64,000 nucleotides of DNA from an uncultured delta proteobacterium (GTDB lineage Bacteria > Myxococcota > Myxococcia > Myxococcales > Myxococcaceae). Position 1 is the first letter of the stretch. Each line of letters begins with the position of its first letter. The DNA is taken from contig CAVQKE010000003.1 of the NCBI GenBank assembly GCA_963713045.1, positions 608,001 through 672,000 on the forward strand, written 5' to 3'. The translations under genes were made by a program, and so were the position numbers. The notes under the pieces are model-generated. The model ran no database searches and was not told the DNA's origin. It saw nothing but the letters and a program-made list of their open reading frames with translations. Shown here in pieces: positions 20,669 through 30,954 of this stretch.

Positions 20669-22855
20669 ATGCAAGCTGGATTGGCCTCGCTCCTCCCACT
20701 GGCAGCGCTTTGGACGCAGCTCAGTCCAGTCGAAGCAGGCGCCCAAGCTGTGCCGCCCCTGACGGTCGAGCGCATCGTCTCTCGCGCCCCAGCTCTCTTT
20801 GGAACTGCGCCCACTTCCCCAGCCTGGTCGCCCGACGGAACCCAACTTGGCTTCTTGTGGAATGACCAGGCGATGCCAGCGCGCGACGTCTGGCTCGTCG
20901 ACCGGCAGGGCGGCCCTCCTCGCCGGCTGACGCAGGCCACGGTCGGCGGCGACAGCGGAGTGTCCGAGTTTGTTTGGGCACCCGGCGGCTTCGTCCTTTA
21001 CCTCGCCGGGAACGAAATCCATCGCGTTCCGACGGCCGGTGGCCCAGACGTAACGCAGCTGCGGAAGGGGGACGGAGAGCGGACCGGCCTGTCGCTCTCC
21101 CCCGATGGCACCACAGTCGGCTTCCTCCAAGGCGGGGACCTCTGGCTCATGCCGCTCGCCGGGGGGCCGGCTGTCCAGGCGACGCACGTGGGCCTCAAGC
21201 CAATTGGCAAAATCCCCTTGGGCGTCTACTACCACCCGGACGTCGAAATCGGCGGCGCCGATTGGGGTGACACCGCCGCCTATGCCTGGTCAGCGGACAG
21301 CAAACTCATCGCCGTGCATTACGTCGACCGGCGAAATGTTCGTCGCTTCCCCATCCCGTACTACCTGACGCCCGACGCCACCCTCAACGAGCTTCGTCGA
21401 GCCTCGCCCGGCGACGTCAATGAATTGCGGATGGTGGGCATCCTGGACGTCGCCACGCGCAGCTTGCGCCTGCTCGAGCTGCCCAGTCCCTCCAGCTCAC
21501 ACATTGTCGGCTTCGCCTGGTCGTCGAAAGGACCGCTGCTCATCGACCGGGAGACAGATGATTGCGTCGATAGGAGCCTGACCCTCTTCGAGCCGAAGAG
21601 CTGGACCCTGCGCAATGTCTGGGCCGACCATGGAGATACCCGTATCTTCAATGCGGTGGCCAGCGCCTGGCACCCGGACGGCGTGAGGATTCTCCTCACC
21701 GGCGATTTGGACGACCGCTATCGCCTCTACCTACTGACACCGGGCGAGGCGCGACCGACGCCGCTGACGTCCGGCCCTTACGACGTGGACGGCCCAGCGA
21801 TCGCCGGACCGGACTGGCGGTTCATCTACTATGTGTCGACGGAGCCACTTCCCGAGGAACGGCAGGTCTGGCGGATTCCTCGGGAGGGGGGAAAAGCGGA
21901 GCGCATCAGTACCCTTGCCGGGACCAATTCGCCCTTCGTTTCCCCAGACGGGACGACCGTCGCCTTCCTCCACAGCGATGACCGCGCTCCTCCGGAGCTG
22001 TACCTGGGACAATGGCGGGTCACCCATTCCCCGCCCGCGGCATTCAACCGGACCGCGTGGGCCACCGTGCGCTATGCGACCTTCCACGGAAGCACCGCCG
22101 GCGTGGATTTACATGCCCGCATTCTCGAGCCAGCAAATCTGGACCGCACCAAACGTTACCCCGTCATTTTTGGGCCGGTGTACTCCAACACCGTCCGCAA
22201 CCGCTGGGTGTCACGTTGGGAAGGGCTGATGCAACTGCTGGCGCAGCACGGTTACATCCTGGTCCAGGTCGACTCGCGCGGAAGCACCGGCTACGGACGC
22301 GCTTTCCGGGAGAAATTTCTCTCGCAGTGGGGAAACTCGGACTTGGACGACTACCAGGACGCGGTGACCTACATGAAGTCACTTCCGTACGTTGACCCGG
22401 AACGCATCGGCATCTTCGGAAGCAGCTATGGCGGCCTTCTCACCGTCTTTGCACTCTTCAAGAGGCCTGGGCTCTTTGCTGCCGGAGTCGCTGCCGCGCC
22501 AGCCACCGACCCGCGCTACTTCGGCAGCGACGATGTGGCTCACTCGCGGACGCCGTCTACAAACCGTGAGCTCTTCGAAAACGGCCGGGCCGTTCTGTAC
22601 GCGAAAAATCTGCGGGACCATCTGCTCATCATTCACGGCATGGCGGACGACGTGGTGCCGTTTCAGACGTCGGTCATGCTGGCCGAGGAGCTCATCCACC
22701 AGCACAAGGACTTCGACTTTGCGTTTTCCCCCACCGCGACGCACGCCTGGGCCGCCCGCCCCGATGATGCCATCTACCTCTTCGGAAAGTTGATTGCCCA
22801 TTTCGACCGCTGGCTCGGGCCGGGCCCAGCCGTCCCAACGGTGAGCCCGCGATGA
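20669..22855 (+). CDS. S9 family peptidase (DPP IV-like), secreted
   Basis: WSPDG propeller repeats; RGSTGYG, GSSYGG nucleophile, IHGMADDVV, His in PTATH. Confidence 0.9.
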   Translation: MQAGLASLLPLAALWTQLSPVEAGAQAVPPLTVERIVSRAPALFGTAPTSPAWSPDGTQLGFLWNDQAMPARDVWLVDRQGGPPRRLTQATVGGDSGVSEFVWAPGGFVLYLAGNEIHRVPTAGGPDVTQLRKGDGERTGLSLSPDGTTVGFLQGGDLWLMPLAGGPAVQATHVGLKPIGKIPLGVYYHPDVEIGGADWGDTAAYAWSADSKLIAVHYVDRRNVRRFPIPYYLTPDATLNELRRASPGDVNELRMVGILDVATRSLRLLELPSPSSSHIVGFAWSSKGPLLIDRETDDCVDRSLTLFEPKSWTLRNVWADHGDTRIFNAVASAWHPDGVRILLTGDLDDRYRLYLLTPGEARPTPLTSGPYDVDGPAIAGPDWRFIYYVSTEPLPEERQVWRIPREGGKAERISTLAGTNSPFVSPDGTTVAFLHSDDRAPPELYLGQWRVTHSPPAAFNRTAWATVRYATFHGSTAGVDLHARILEPANLDRTKRYPVIFGPVYSNTVRNRWVSRWEGLMQLLAQHGYILVQVDSRGSTGYGRAFREKFLSQWGNSDLDDYQDAVTYMKSLPYVDPERIGIFGSSYGGLLTVFALFKRPGLFAAGVAAAPATDPRYFGSDDVAHSRTPSTNRELFENGRAVLYAKNLRDHLLIIHGMADDVVPFQTSVMLAEELIHQHKDFDFAFSPTATHAWAARPDDAIYLFGKLIAHFDRWLGPGPAVPTVSPR

Positions 22856-24540
22856 TTGGACTTGGCCTGGTTCTGCTGGCTGCCGGTCCAGCCAGCTGCC
22901 CCCCGTTCGAGGAGTTCGCCGCACGCGTCTGGGAGTTTCGGGCCCGGACCATGCCGTTTAGCTTGGACGACATTCCACGTCTGGAGCGCCCGGCAGGCCT
23001 GGTGCGTTCATGGTCCAGGACCAGCGTCGAGGGGCAACGCGCGGAGCTGAAAGCCCTCTCGGAATGCCTGGCAGTGGCCACCGCGCAGGAGTCCACCTGG
23101 CCGGTCGCTCGCCGGGTTGACGTGCGCCTCATTCGGTCCACCCTCGCGCGGGTCCGTTGGGAACTTGACGTCAATCGCCGCTGGGAGCGCGACCCCATTT
23201 TTTATGTCGAGCAAGCACTGACACCGGTGCTGGAGCTGCTGGTTGAGCCTCCCCCTCTGGACGCGGCCCGTGGACGCGAGCTCCTAGTACGCCTGGGCAA
23301 CATCCCGGAGCTGATGAGGAACGCCGAGGCCAACCTCGACGCTGGTGTTCAGCTCTTCGCAGAACTTGCCCTGGGCCTGCTCACGGACATTGGACCGAAG
23401 TTGGAGCGGGTAGAGGCCGGGGTTGCCCCCTTGCTGCCGAAGGAGGTGTCTCGGAGCGAGTTGTCCCGGATGCGTCGCGCGGCCACCGAGGCTTTGGAGA
23501 CCTATCGCGCCTGGCTCACCAAGCACGGCCCGTTGATGCGCGGGCGCGCCAGCATCGGCCGAGAGGCCTATGTCTTTTTCCTCCAGCAGGTCGCGCTCAT
23601 TCCGTATTCACCCGAGCAGTTGCTGGCCATGGCCCAGCAGGAATGGGAACGCTCCGTCGCCGCCGAGGCCGTCGAGCTCCAGCGCAACGTCGGGCTCCCA
23701 CCGCTGGCGTACATTCCGTCGCTTGAGTTGCAACGCATTCGCTACCGCGAGGACGAGGCTGCCATTCGGAAGTTTCTCGAGGAGCGTGGAATTCTGTCTG
23801 TCCCGGCTACGCTTCGTCATTTCACGGTTCAGCCAATTCCTGACTACCTCGACGCGCTGGGCGACTTTGGCGAACAGGATTGGTTCACCAGCCCTTCGAA
23901 GCTCGACCACGACGGGGTGCGGTGGCTCTATCCACCCGGCCCGAAGCTGGGATATTTCGGCCGGGCCACCGCACGCGATCCGCGGCCCATCATTACGCAC
24001 GAGGGTGTGCCCGGGCACTATTTTCAGCTGGCCCTGTCTTGGCGGCACCCGGACGCAATTCGCCGGCACTACTACGACTCGGGGCCCAACGAGGGACTCG
24101 GCTTCTATTCTGAAGAGTTGATGATGCAGGCGGGCCTGTACGATGACAGTCCCCGGACGCGCGAGCTCATCTGGGGCCTCAGCCGCTTACGCGCGGCTCG
24201 CGTCTACGTCGACATCAAGCTCGCGCTCGGGGAGCTCACACTGGAACAGGCCGCGGCGTACCTCGCGGAACGTGGCCCAATGGACGCGCCAACGGCCCAC
24301 CGCGAAGCGGCATCGTTCTCAGTCGCCCCCGGTCAGGCGATGACGTACCAAACCGGCAAGCTGCAGATAGAGAGGCTCCTGGCCGGGGCGCGCCTTCGTC
24401 AGGGAAATGGCTTCTCGCTGCGCCGCTTCAACGACACCCTGTGGCTCAACGGCAACGTGCCCTTGTCGCTTCAGAGATGGGAGCTTCTCGGCCTCGATGA
24501 CGAGGTGCGTGCTCTGGACGCGGCCAGTCAGCCCCGCTAG
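22852..24540 (+). CDS. DUF885 family protein
   Basis: HEGVPGH, NEGLGFYSEE, PGQAMTYQTGK, FNDTLW..G.VP. Confidence 0.88.
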   Translation: MIGLGLVLLAAGPASCPPFEEFAARVWEFRARTMPFSLDDIPRLERPAGLVRSWSRTSVEGQRAELKALSECLAVATAQESTWPVARRVDVRLIRSTLARVRWELDVNRRWERDPIFYVEQALTPVLELLVEPPPLDAARGRELLVRLGNIPELMRNAEANLDAGVQLFAELALGLLTDIGPKLERVEAGVAPLLPKEVSRSELSRMRRAATEALETYRAWLTKHGPLMRGRASIGREAYVFFLQQVALIPYSPEQLLAMAQQEWERSVAAEAVELQRNVGLPPLAYIPSLELQRIRYREDEAAIRKFLEERGILSVPATLRHFTVQPIPDYLDALGDFGEQDWFTSPSKLDHDGVRWLYPPGPKLGYFGRATARDPRPIITHEGVPGHYFQLALSWRHPDAIRRHYYDSGPNEGLGFYSEELMMQAGLYDDSPRTRELIWGLSRLRAARVYVDIKLALGELTLEQAAAYLAERGPMDAPTAHREAASFSVAPGQAMTYQTGKLQIERLLAGARLRQGNGFSLRRFNDTLWLNGNVPLSLQRWELLGLDDEVRALDAASQPR

Positions 24541-24546
24541 TCCAAG

Positions 24547-25188
24547 CTACAGGACGAGGACCAGCCCGGCAGAGAACGCCCCCTCTACACAGGGAATGCC
24601 CGCCGAGACAACCAGGACCGACGCCCCGTTTCCTGCATAGAAGCTTCCGCCGGTGATGTAGACGGGCACGAGAATGCGTGCTTGCAGCACCACCGACAAG
24701 CCATCGACGAGGCGGAATCGAATTCCCGCTCCGAGCGTGAAGGCGGCTCGCCAGGTGTCGTGAACGTCGAGGCGTTGGCCTCCACCCAAAAGAATGGCTC
24801 CGGGGGAAAGAAGCACCGCCCCCACCGTGGCGTCGCCAAAGCATTCAAAGTCGGCGCAGCGGATGCTCTTCGTGAGTCCCAGCTGGAAGTAGCTGATGTC
24901 TAGGTGGTCTTGGCCACTCGATGATGGGCCCGTCGACGAGACGAGGTGCGCCTCGGTACTGGTCAGAGTCCACAGCAGCTCGAATTCGAGCTCTGGGTCG
25001 ACGGCCAGCGTCAGCGCCGCTCCGTAGCTCGGAGCTGGGTCGATGCTCACGCTTCCTCCAGCGGTGTAGACCGAGCTGGTCACCTGAAGGCCCGCCCAGG
25101 CGGAGAGGCTGACAGGGCCCTGGGGCTCGACAGGCTGTGCGACTGCAGCCGAGGGCATGGCCAGAAGCCCGACCCCGACCAGGAGCAT
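24547..25188 (-). CDS. Putative outer-membrane beta-barrel protein
   Basis: Signal peptide; alternating amphipathic strands (FTLGAGIRFRL, FSAGLVLVL end); start uncertain. Confidence 0.6.
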   Translation of the reverse strand: MLLVGVGLLAMPSAAVAQPVEPQGPVSLSAWAGLQVTSSVYTAGGSVSIDPAPSYGAALTLAVDPELEFELLWTLTSTEAHLVSSTGPSSSGQDHLDISYFQLGLTKSIRCADFECFGDATVGAVLLSPGAILLGGGQRLDVHDTWRAAFTLGAGIRFRLVDGLSVVLQARILVPVYITGGSFYAGNGASVLVVSAGIPCVEGAFSAGLVLVL

Positions 25189-25343
25189 GTGCGCCGGAGT
25201 AAGTGTGCCTCGCTGGCCGTGGAAGCGCACTGGGAAGCCAGAGCTTACGCCAACCCGTCGCGGCGCGTCGGCCGCCTGCCGCGACGCAAACTCGCGTCGG
25301 CCAGTGGGCGCGGCTCATCGTTCGAGCAGTTTCGCCGGACGCC

Positions 25344-25500
25344 GGCGGCCGCGTCCTCGACGCCCACGGACGGCAGCCAGTGGCACACACCTGGTGGTGC
25401 AATAGCTCGGAACCCGCATCTTCCAGTCCGCTGAACCGGACCGAAGGGCGACTTCCAACTGAAGCAGCTCACGAAAGGCGAGTACGAGCTGACCATCGTG
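25344..25500 (+). pseudogene. Frameshifted remnant of a carboxypeptidase-regulatory-like (prealbumin-fold) domain
   Basis: GRVLDAHG.QPV in one frame and TGPKGDFQLKQLTKGEYELTIV in another. Confidence 0.4.
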
Positions 25501-26070
25501 CTGGCAGCTGACGCCTGGTCTGTCACTTCTCTTGGCAGGAGAATGCAGCCTCGCTCGGGACGCTGAAACTGCTGGACTCTGCTCCTACCAGCACGCAGCA
25601 AGGCCGTGGCACAGACCACTGAGGCATCTTCAGTGCGGGCCGGTGGTGTCGCCCCGAATGCGAGTTCCCTGCGCCGCCTATAGGGCTGTCTCACGTCGAA
25701 GACACCGAAAGGCCTGCACCAGCGCCCTTGCGGTGTTCCGGTGCAGGTGAAGCGAGCTCATCGTCGTCTGGGTCGATGCGGTGACTTTGGCTCAGGGCTC
25801 TCCACCTGAGGCAGTGCCTAGGCGACGGACGGCGCCGAGTAGACACGTTTAAAACAGCCATCACATTCGGCCATGATGAATGCGAATCTTGCGCGAGGTT
25901 GCGGAACCGGCGCCTGCTTTGCGGCTCCACGACAGGAAAGCGCGGGCGGCCGCCTCGTCTTAATCCTCCGCGTCGGGGCGTCGGTCTCCACGTCGAAATG
26001 GGTTGCGAACTCGGACGCGGTGGTTATTTCTCGGCCGTTCGTTTGGGTTTGGCTCTGGAGGGCAATCCCG

Positions 26071-27201
26071 ATGGCGGCTACCGCGGCGCATTGGCATGTC
26101 CTGCGGCACGCACGCATCGTTGCTGCGCACCCTGAGGTCCGCTCGCTGCAGGGCGCCTACCCCCTGTCGCAAGCCTTCATTGTCGGGCTGGTCGCCATTG
26201 ACGTTGGTCTCGCGTGGACCGTCCGGCACGCGTCGTGGCTGACCGTGTTCCTCGTTGCCTTCGGCGTCGGCGCGTTCGTTGCCCATGCGCTCGGTGTTTT
26301 GATTCACGAATGCACGCACAACCTGGTTGCCCACGGCACCCGCGCAAACAAAGTCTGGATGCTCGTCGCCAACCTGCCGCTTGTCGCTCCGGCTGCGGTC
26401 GAGTTCAGAGCTCAGCACCTGCTTCACCATAAGTTTCTTGGTGAGGTCGACGGGCGAGACACGCAAGCGCCTGCACGAGCCGAGATCGCCTTCACCGGGA
26501 CGAGCTCGCTGCGAAAGCTGGCCTCCTTCAGCTTGGGCCGTTTCTTTTACCGCGGCCGCCCGGCTAACGCTGTTCCGCGGGACGCCTTCCTCATCCTGAA
26601 TTGGGGCGTTCAACTCGCTGCGACTGCGGCGCTTGCTTGGCTCGTCGGCGGCAAAGGCCTCACGTTCCTTGGCGTCAGCGGCCTACTCGCCTTCGGACCG
26701 CATCCCGTCGGTGCACGGCGACTGTCTGAACACTTCGCGATGCGCGAGGGCCAACCGACCGTCTCTTATTATGGAATTCTCAACGGGGTGGCCTTCGATG
26801 TCGGTTATCACGTCGAGCATCATGACTTCCCAGCGATTGCGTGGCCTCGTCTGCGCGCTCTTCGAAAGCTTGCGCGCGAAGAGTATGAGGGGCTTTTCGC
26901 CTTCCGGTCCTGGACAGGCCTGCTCCTCTCGCATTTCTTCAACCCACACTACCGCGTCGACCACTACATAGGCTTCGGCAGGGTTTTGGAAAGCGACTTG
27001 GGAAAGTCCGGTGTTGGCGATCGCGGCCCCTTCCCCGACGCCCCCAGCCCAGGGGATGCCGTGACCTCTTCGCGCGGGACACAGTCCGGTCGGACCAGAA
27101 AATGGGTCCACCCTCGTTCGTCTAAGGTCGAGCAGCCGGTACAGCGCTGGTCGTCGCTGTCAGTGACAGGCGAAACCAGCGACAACGTGTCGTCCGATTG
27201 A
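26071..27201 (+). CDS. Membrane fatty-acid desaturase, sphingolipid delta-4 desaturase (DEGS)-like
   Basis: His boxes HECTH, HLLHH, HVEHHDFP; N-term H..RH..I...HPEVRSL.G resembles the DEGS N-terminal motif. Confidence 0.8.
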   Translation: MAATAAHWHVLRHARIVAAHPEVRSLQGAYPLSQAFIVGLVAIDVGLAWTVRHASWLTVFLVAFGVGAFVAHALGVLIHECTHNLVAHGTRANKVWMLVANLPLVAPAAVEFRAQHLLHHKFLGEVDGRDTQAPARAEIAFTGTSSLRKLASFSLGRFFYRGRPANAVPRDAFLILNWGVQLAATAALAWLVGGKGLTFLGVSGLLAFGPHPVGARRLSEHFAMREGQPTVSYYGILNGVAFDVGYHVEHHDFPAIAWPRLRALRKLAREEYEGLFAFRSWTGLLLSHFFNPHYRVDHYIGFGRVLESDLGKSGVGDRGPFPDAPSPGDAVTSSRGTQSGRTRKWVHPRSSKVEQPVQRWSSLSVTGETSDNVSSD

Positions 27202-27400
27202 CGCGCCTTTCGGATTTCCCGCAGACGCGCTTCACCACTTCGAAGCAGCCAGGGGCCGAACGAGCGCGTCGTGCCGCAAATTTGGCGGTGGGACTCTGGC
27301 GGCCTGCACCCAATCCTCAACGGAAGAGAGGAGTTGGAGGTAACCGCTTGCCGCGACCAACCCCAGTACCTACCGTCGATGGGGAGGAAGGAGTCTCCAA

Positions 27401-27670
27401 ATGGCCCTTGAGACGGTCTTGCTGTGGGTGGTGGTTGGCGGCATCGCTGGCTTCTTGGCCAACGCCGTCGCTCGAGGAGGCTACGGGCTCGGCGGTGACA
27501 TCGTCATCGGCGTAGTTGGAGCATTCATCGGCGGGTGGCTCTTCCACAGTATGCGGTGGCACGCCCCGTTAACCGGCCTGGCGGGGACAATCGTCATCGC
27601 CTTCATCGGCGCCGTCATTCTGCTGGTCGTCCTGCGCATGCTCCGGTCCTCTGGACCTAGGCGCGTCTGA
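27401..27670 (+). CDS. GlsB/YeaQ/YmgE (transglycosylase-associated) membrane protein
   Basis: GGIAGFLA..G.G..GDIVIGVVGAFIGGWLF..AFIGAVILL; RBS AGGAG. Confidence 0.9.
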   Translation: MALETVLLWVVVGGIAGFLANAVARGGYGLGGDIVIGVVGAFIGGWLFHSMRWHAPLTGLAGTIVIAFIGAVILLVVLRMLRSSGPRRV

Positions 27671-27718
27671 CTCGCGTCAATCCCACCCACAGGCTGAGGC
27701 CAACAGCGTTTTCGCAGC

Positions 27719-28720
27719 TTAGCTACTGGACGAGCCCTTCCAATCCAGCCACACGCCAGCACCCGTCGCAAGCGCGCGCTGATGGATGGCGTGAGCTGAG
27801 GCGAGGTCCTCGATGGCGATGCCCAGCGATTCGTAGACTGTAATGTCGTCGCGGGACAAGCGTCCGGGGACTTTTCCAATCAGCACCTCGCCCAGTTCCC
27901 CCAACAGGTGCGCCTCCTCAAGGGCGCCTTCGATGCGAGGGATTCGAAAGTCGCCAGACTCATTCAGGCACGAATCACGGCTGTCCGTGTAGAAGCGAGA
28001 CCGTCTTACCGCTTCGGTGTCGAGTTCGCGGTGAGTGGCGAGACACGCGCCTGATGCGTTCACATGGGCTCCGGGTGACAGCCATGCGCCGCGTACGACG
28101 GGCTCCGTGGCTGAGGTGACGGTGCAGATGAGATCCGCTCCACGAACCGCGGCCTCGACCGTCCCCATGACCTCAATGTCAAATCCCACGGCAGACGAGG
28201 ACTCGCGCGCCAAGCGCTCGGCATTCTCGCGCGTCCGGCTCCAAACTCGCACGCGACGTAGGCGGCGCACGATGGCCATTGCACTGAGGTGCATCCTGGC
28301 TTGGGTACCGGAGCCAATGAGCGCCAGGTCGCCCGCGTCGGCACGCGCCAGCGTATCCGTCGCGGCGGCAGACGCAGCGCCCGTTCGAATCGCGGTAATG
28401 GCGCCAGCATCAAGGATTGCCTGCGGCTCGCCATGGACGGCACCGACCAGGATGACCACCCCTTGGTGGGATTCGTAAGCTGTGCCGCGATTACCGGGCA
28501 TGACGCTGACCACTTTGATGCCGAAACTGAGCGGCTCCGCGAGGTAGCCTGGCATGAGGCCCAGCAACCCCGTGCCGTCGGGGAGACGCAAGAGGGTGCG
28601 AAGGGGCTGAACCGCGCCGCCGCGGGAGAAAGTGGCCAACGCATCGCGCATCAGTCCAATGCACACGCCCATCGGGAGCAGCTCACGAACCAACTGCTCG
28701 TTGATGAACAGGACCTTCAC
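27719..28720 (-). CDS. Ornithine cyclodeaminase/mu-crystallin family protein
   Basis: GIKVVSV.PGN, ITAIRTGAASA, IGSGTQA, YESLGIAIEDL; GTG start at 28720. Confidence 0.9.
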   Translation of the reverse strand: MKVLFINEQLVRELLPMGVCIGLMRDALATFSRGGAVQPLRTLLRLPDGTGLLGLMPGYLAEPLSFGIKVVSVMPGNRGTAYESHQGVVILVGAVHGEPQAILDAGAITAIRTGAASAAATDTLARADAGDLALIGSGTQARMHLSAMAIVRRLRRVRVWSRTRENAERLARESSSAVGFDIEVMGTVEAAVRGADLICTVTSATEPVVRGAWLSPGAHVNASGACLATHRELDTEAVRRSRFYTDSRDSCLNESGDFRIPRIEGALEEAHLLGELGEVLIGKVPGRLSRDDITVYESLGIAIEDLASAHAIHQRALATGAGVWLDWKGSSSS

Positions 28721-28889
28721 GAGAGATTTCGCCCGCCTGGCGCCCAGTGTTGGTCCGAGCACCAGGCGGAATTCTAGCGCTTCCAACGCGGGACCGTGCG
28801 CTGTGGCGGACGGACGGATTGGCGGACTCACTCCTCTCGGGCGGAGCACCGTCCAGAGCCCCGGCCGTCCAATTTCGCCCATCCAAATG

Positions 28890-29639
28890 TCAGTGCTCTG
28901 TCTGATGCAACAATGAGACGAGGTTCTGGAGATCCGCTTCGTTGAGGTCGGATACCAGCCACCAGTCCATTCCCTCGGAAACCCAGTTCACTAGGTGGAA
29001 CCCCCGAAGAGTCTCGGGGCGCGGGCGGGTGTCGTGGCCCGCCTCTATCGGCCAGACGAAGGCATTGATGACGTGTTGTCGAGCCCGGTAAACGAGTGCT
29101 GCCACCGGCTGGCTACCGAGGTAATCCAGCCGGCCCCCCTCAAGCACGAACCCTTGCTCGCTCAAATCCCGCACCGGGAGGCTGAAGGGCAATTTGCCCT
29201 GGAACCAGGGCTTCACCGTGTGGCGGTCAGAGGAGGCCACGTCGGTGAGATGGTCTGCTTGAAGGGAACGGAGATGCGCCCCCAGGACCTCGACGGACAA
29301 ATCCTCCGCGGGCCGTCGCATCGAAGGAAGCGCCAAAAGGAATACCCCTACGGCGACGGCCAGAGGACCAGCAGCCCAGGCAATCCGCGAGATGCGCGTT
29401 GGCCATCGTCGGGGAGCCGCTCGCCGGACCGAATGCCGTACCCTTCGGAGAAATGCCGGTGAAGCTTCGGCCTCGGTCAGCGTGCGCTGGAGAAGATCGC
29501 GGAGCGCTTGCAAGTGCTCAAAATCCTGGCGGCAGGAGTGACAGGATGCGAGGTGTGCGCGTGCCTCAAGTACCCGCTCGACACTCAATTCATTGTCCAG
29601 GTACGCGTCCAGCACCTCGCCCAGGTGGTCTTCACTCAT
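28890..29639 (-). CDS. Zinc-binding (ZAS) transmembrane anti-sigma factor
   Basis: AYLDNEL..HLASCHSC; TM; SSDRHTVKPWF.GKL, GGRLDY. Confidence 0.88.
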   Translation of the reverse strand: MSEDHLGEVLDAYLDNELSVERVLEARAHLASCHSCRQDFEHLQALRDLLQRTLTEAEASPAFLRRVRHSVRRAAPRRWPTRISRIAWAAGPLAVAVGVFLLALPSMRRPAEDLSVEVLGAHLRSLQADHLTDVASSDRHTVKPWFQGKLPFSLPVRDLSEQGFVLEGGRLDYLGSQPVAALVYRARQHVINAFVWPIEAGHDTRPRPETLRGFHLVNWVSEGMDWWLVSDLNEADLQNLVSLLHQTEH

Positions 29640-30214
29640 CGCTTTGCGCTCCCGCCGCTCGCCGAGAGGCGCTTGTGGAGCAGCCTTCGAGCTCGTGAAA
29701 GGCGTGACATGACGGTGCCGATGGGAATCTGGGCGATGTCCGCAATCTCCTTGTAGGAACAGTGTTCCAGCTCTCGAAGGACCACCACTTCGCGGAACTC
29801 GGCCGGCAGCGCGCGCACCGCCCGCTGGACGGCATCGGTGTCGATCGCGCGAAGCAATGCAGATTCGGGCGTCTCCGGTTGTGACGCTTCGTTCCACGGA
29901 GAAGCAACCGGTTGGAGCTCCTCGTCAAACGCCTCGGCGAGCTCGAGTTGCCCGCTCTTGCGAAGCACGGCGTAGCCTACGTTCCGGACGATGGATAGGA
30001 GCCAGGCGCGGGGATGTTCCCCCGAAAATCCGCCGAAATATAGGAAGGCGCGCATGAAGGCCTCTTGCACCACGTCTTCGGCGTCGGTTTCGGTGCCCAC
30101 CAGGGCACGCGCAAGACGCAGCGCAGCCCGAGCGTGCGGGAGGGCGACTCGCTCAAACTCCGCAGCCGACGGTTGAAACAAACGGGCACCCTTGAAGGCT
30201 CGGCCAGATGCCAA
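29636..30214 (-). CDS. ECF RNA polymerase sigma-70 factor
   Basis: DAEDVVQEAF, AWLLSIVRN, LP..FREVVVLRE..SYKEIA..IPIGTVMSRLSRAR. Confidence 0.92.
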   Translation of the reverse strand: MASGRAFKGARLFQPSAAEFERVALPHARAALRLARALVGTETDAEDVVQEAFMRAFLYFGGFSGEHPRAWLLSIVRNVGYAVLRKSGQLELAEAFDEELQPVASPWNEASQPETPESALLRAIDTDAVQRAVRALPAEFREVVVLRELEHCSYKEIADIAQIPIGTVMSRLSRARRLLHKRLSASGGSAKR

Positions 30215-30295
30215 AGTCCTATGAGGGTTAGCATAGGGTCGAGGCAGAAGAGATTCCCCAGTTGAGCCGCCCCCGTCGACCGTCAGTCGAGTCTC

Positions 30296-30844
30296 TCACG
30301 TCCGAGTGGGCGCGCCAATTGGGGCAGCCTCAGTCCTTGGGACCGGCTGCGTTCGGCCAAGACGTCGGCGCCGCTGAAATAAGGCATCGAGGGACCACGG
30401 CCCCGGGCCGCTCGACAGCAGAAAGATACAGGACATGAACTGCGCAAAATCTGAGCGGCTCTCGTGCAGCACCGCCCACCAACCCACGACCGGAGGCGCC
30501 GGCGGCTTAGCCAGTGGCGAGGTTCCAAAATAGAGCGAGACCTTGGTCGAGAGAACTGCCACCACCATCTCGACGATAAAGGGAACGCTGATGAGGCGCG
30601 TTCCTAGGCCGGCGATGAGGAGCGCCCCGCCTCCGATTTCAAAGAGAGCGATGGCGGGAGCGAGAATCTCTGGAGCTGGCATTCCCAGTTTGGCGAAACG
30701 CCCCACCCCCTGGTTGACATAGACGAATTTGAGCAAGCCTTCCGAGACGAAGACTCCCCCAGCCATCAGGCGAATCGCCAGCGTGGCCTTCGGCCCAGAG
30801 GTGGGAGGGTGCGTGAGGAAACGAACCACATTCGCCAAGAACAC
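30296..30844 (-). CDS. DoxX family membrane protein
   Basis: RLMAGGVFVSEGLLKF, EIGGG.LLI.GL.TR, G.GPWSLDA; RBS AGGAG before GTG 30844. Confidence 0.85.
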   Translation of the reverse strand: MFLANVVRFLTHPPTSGPKATLAIRLMAGGVFVSEGLLKFVYVNQGVGRFAKLGMPAPEILAPAIALFEIGGGALLIAGLGTRLISVPFIVEMVVAVLSTKVSLYFGTSPLAKPPAPPVVGWWAVLHESRSDFAQFMSCIFLLSSGPGPWSLDALFQRRRRLGRTQPVPRTEAAPIGAPTRT

Positions 30845-30954
30845 GTTGCCTTCTCCTAAGTTGACGGACACGAGGGGCCGTACCACCTAGATTCACCTCG
30901 GGCTCGGTCTATTCCCTGCCGCGAGTGGCATGCGCTTCGGCTAAGAGGGACTCC

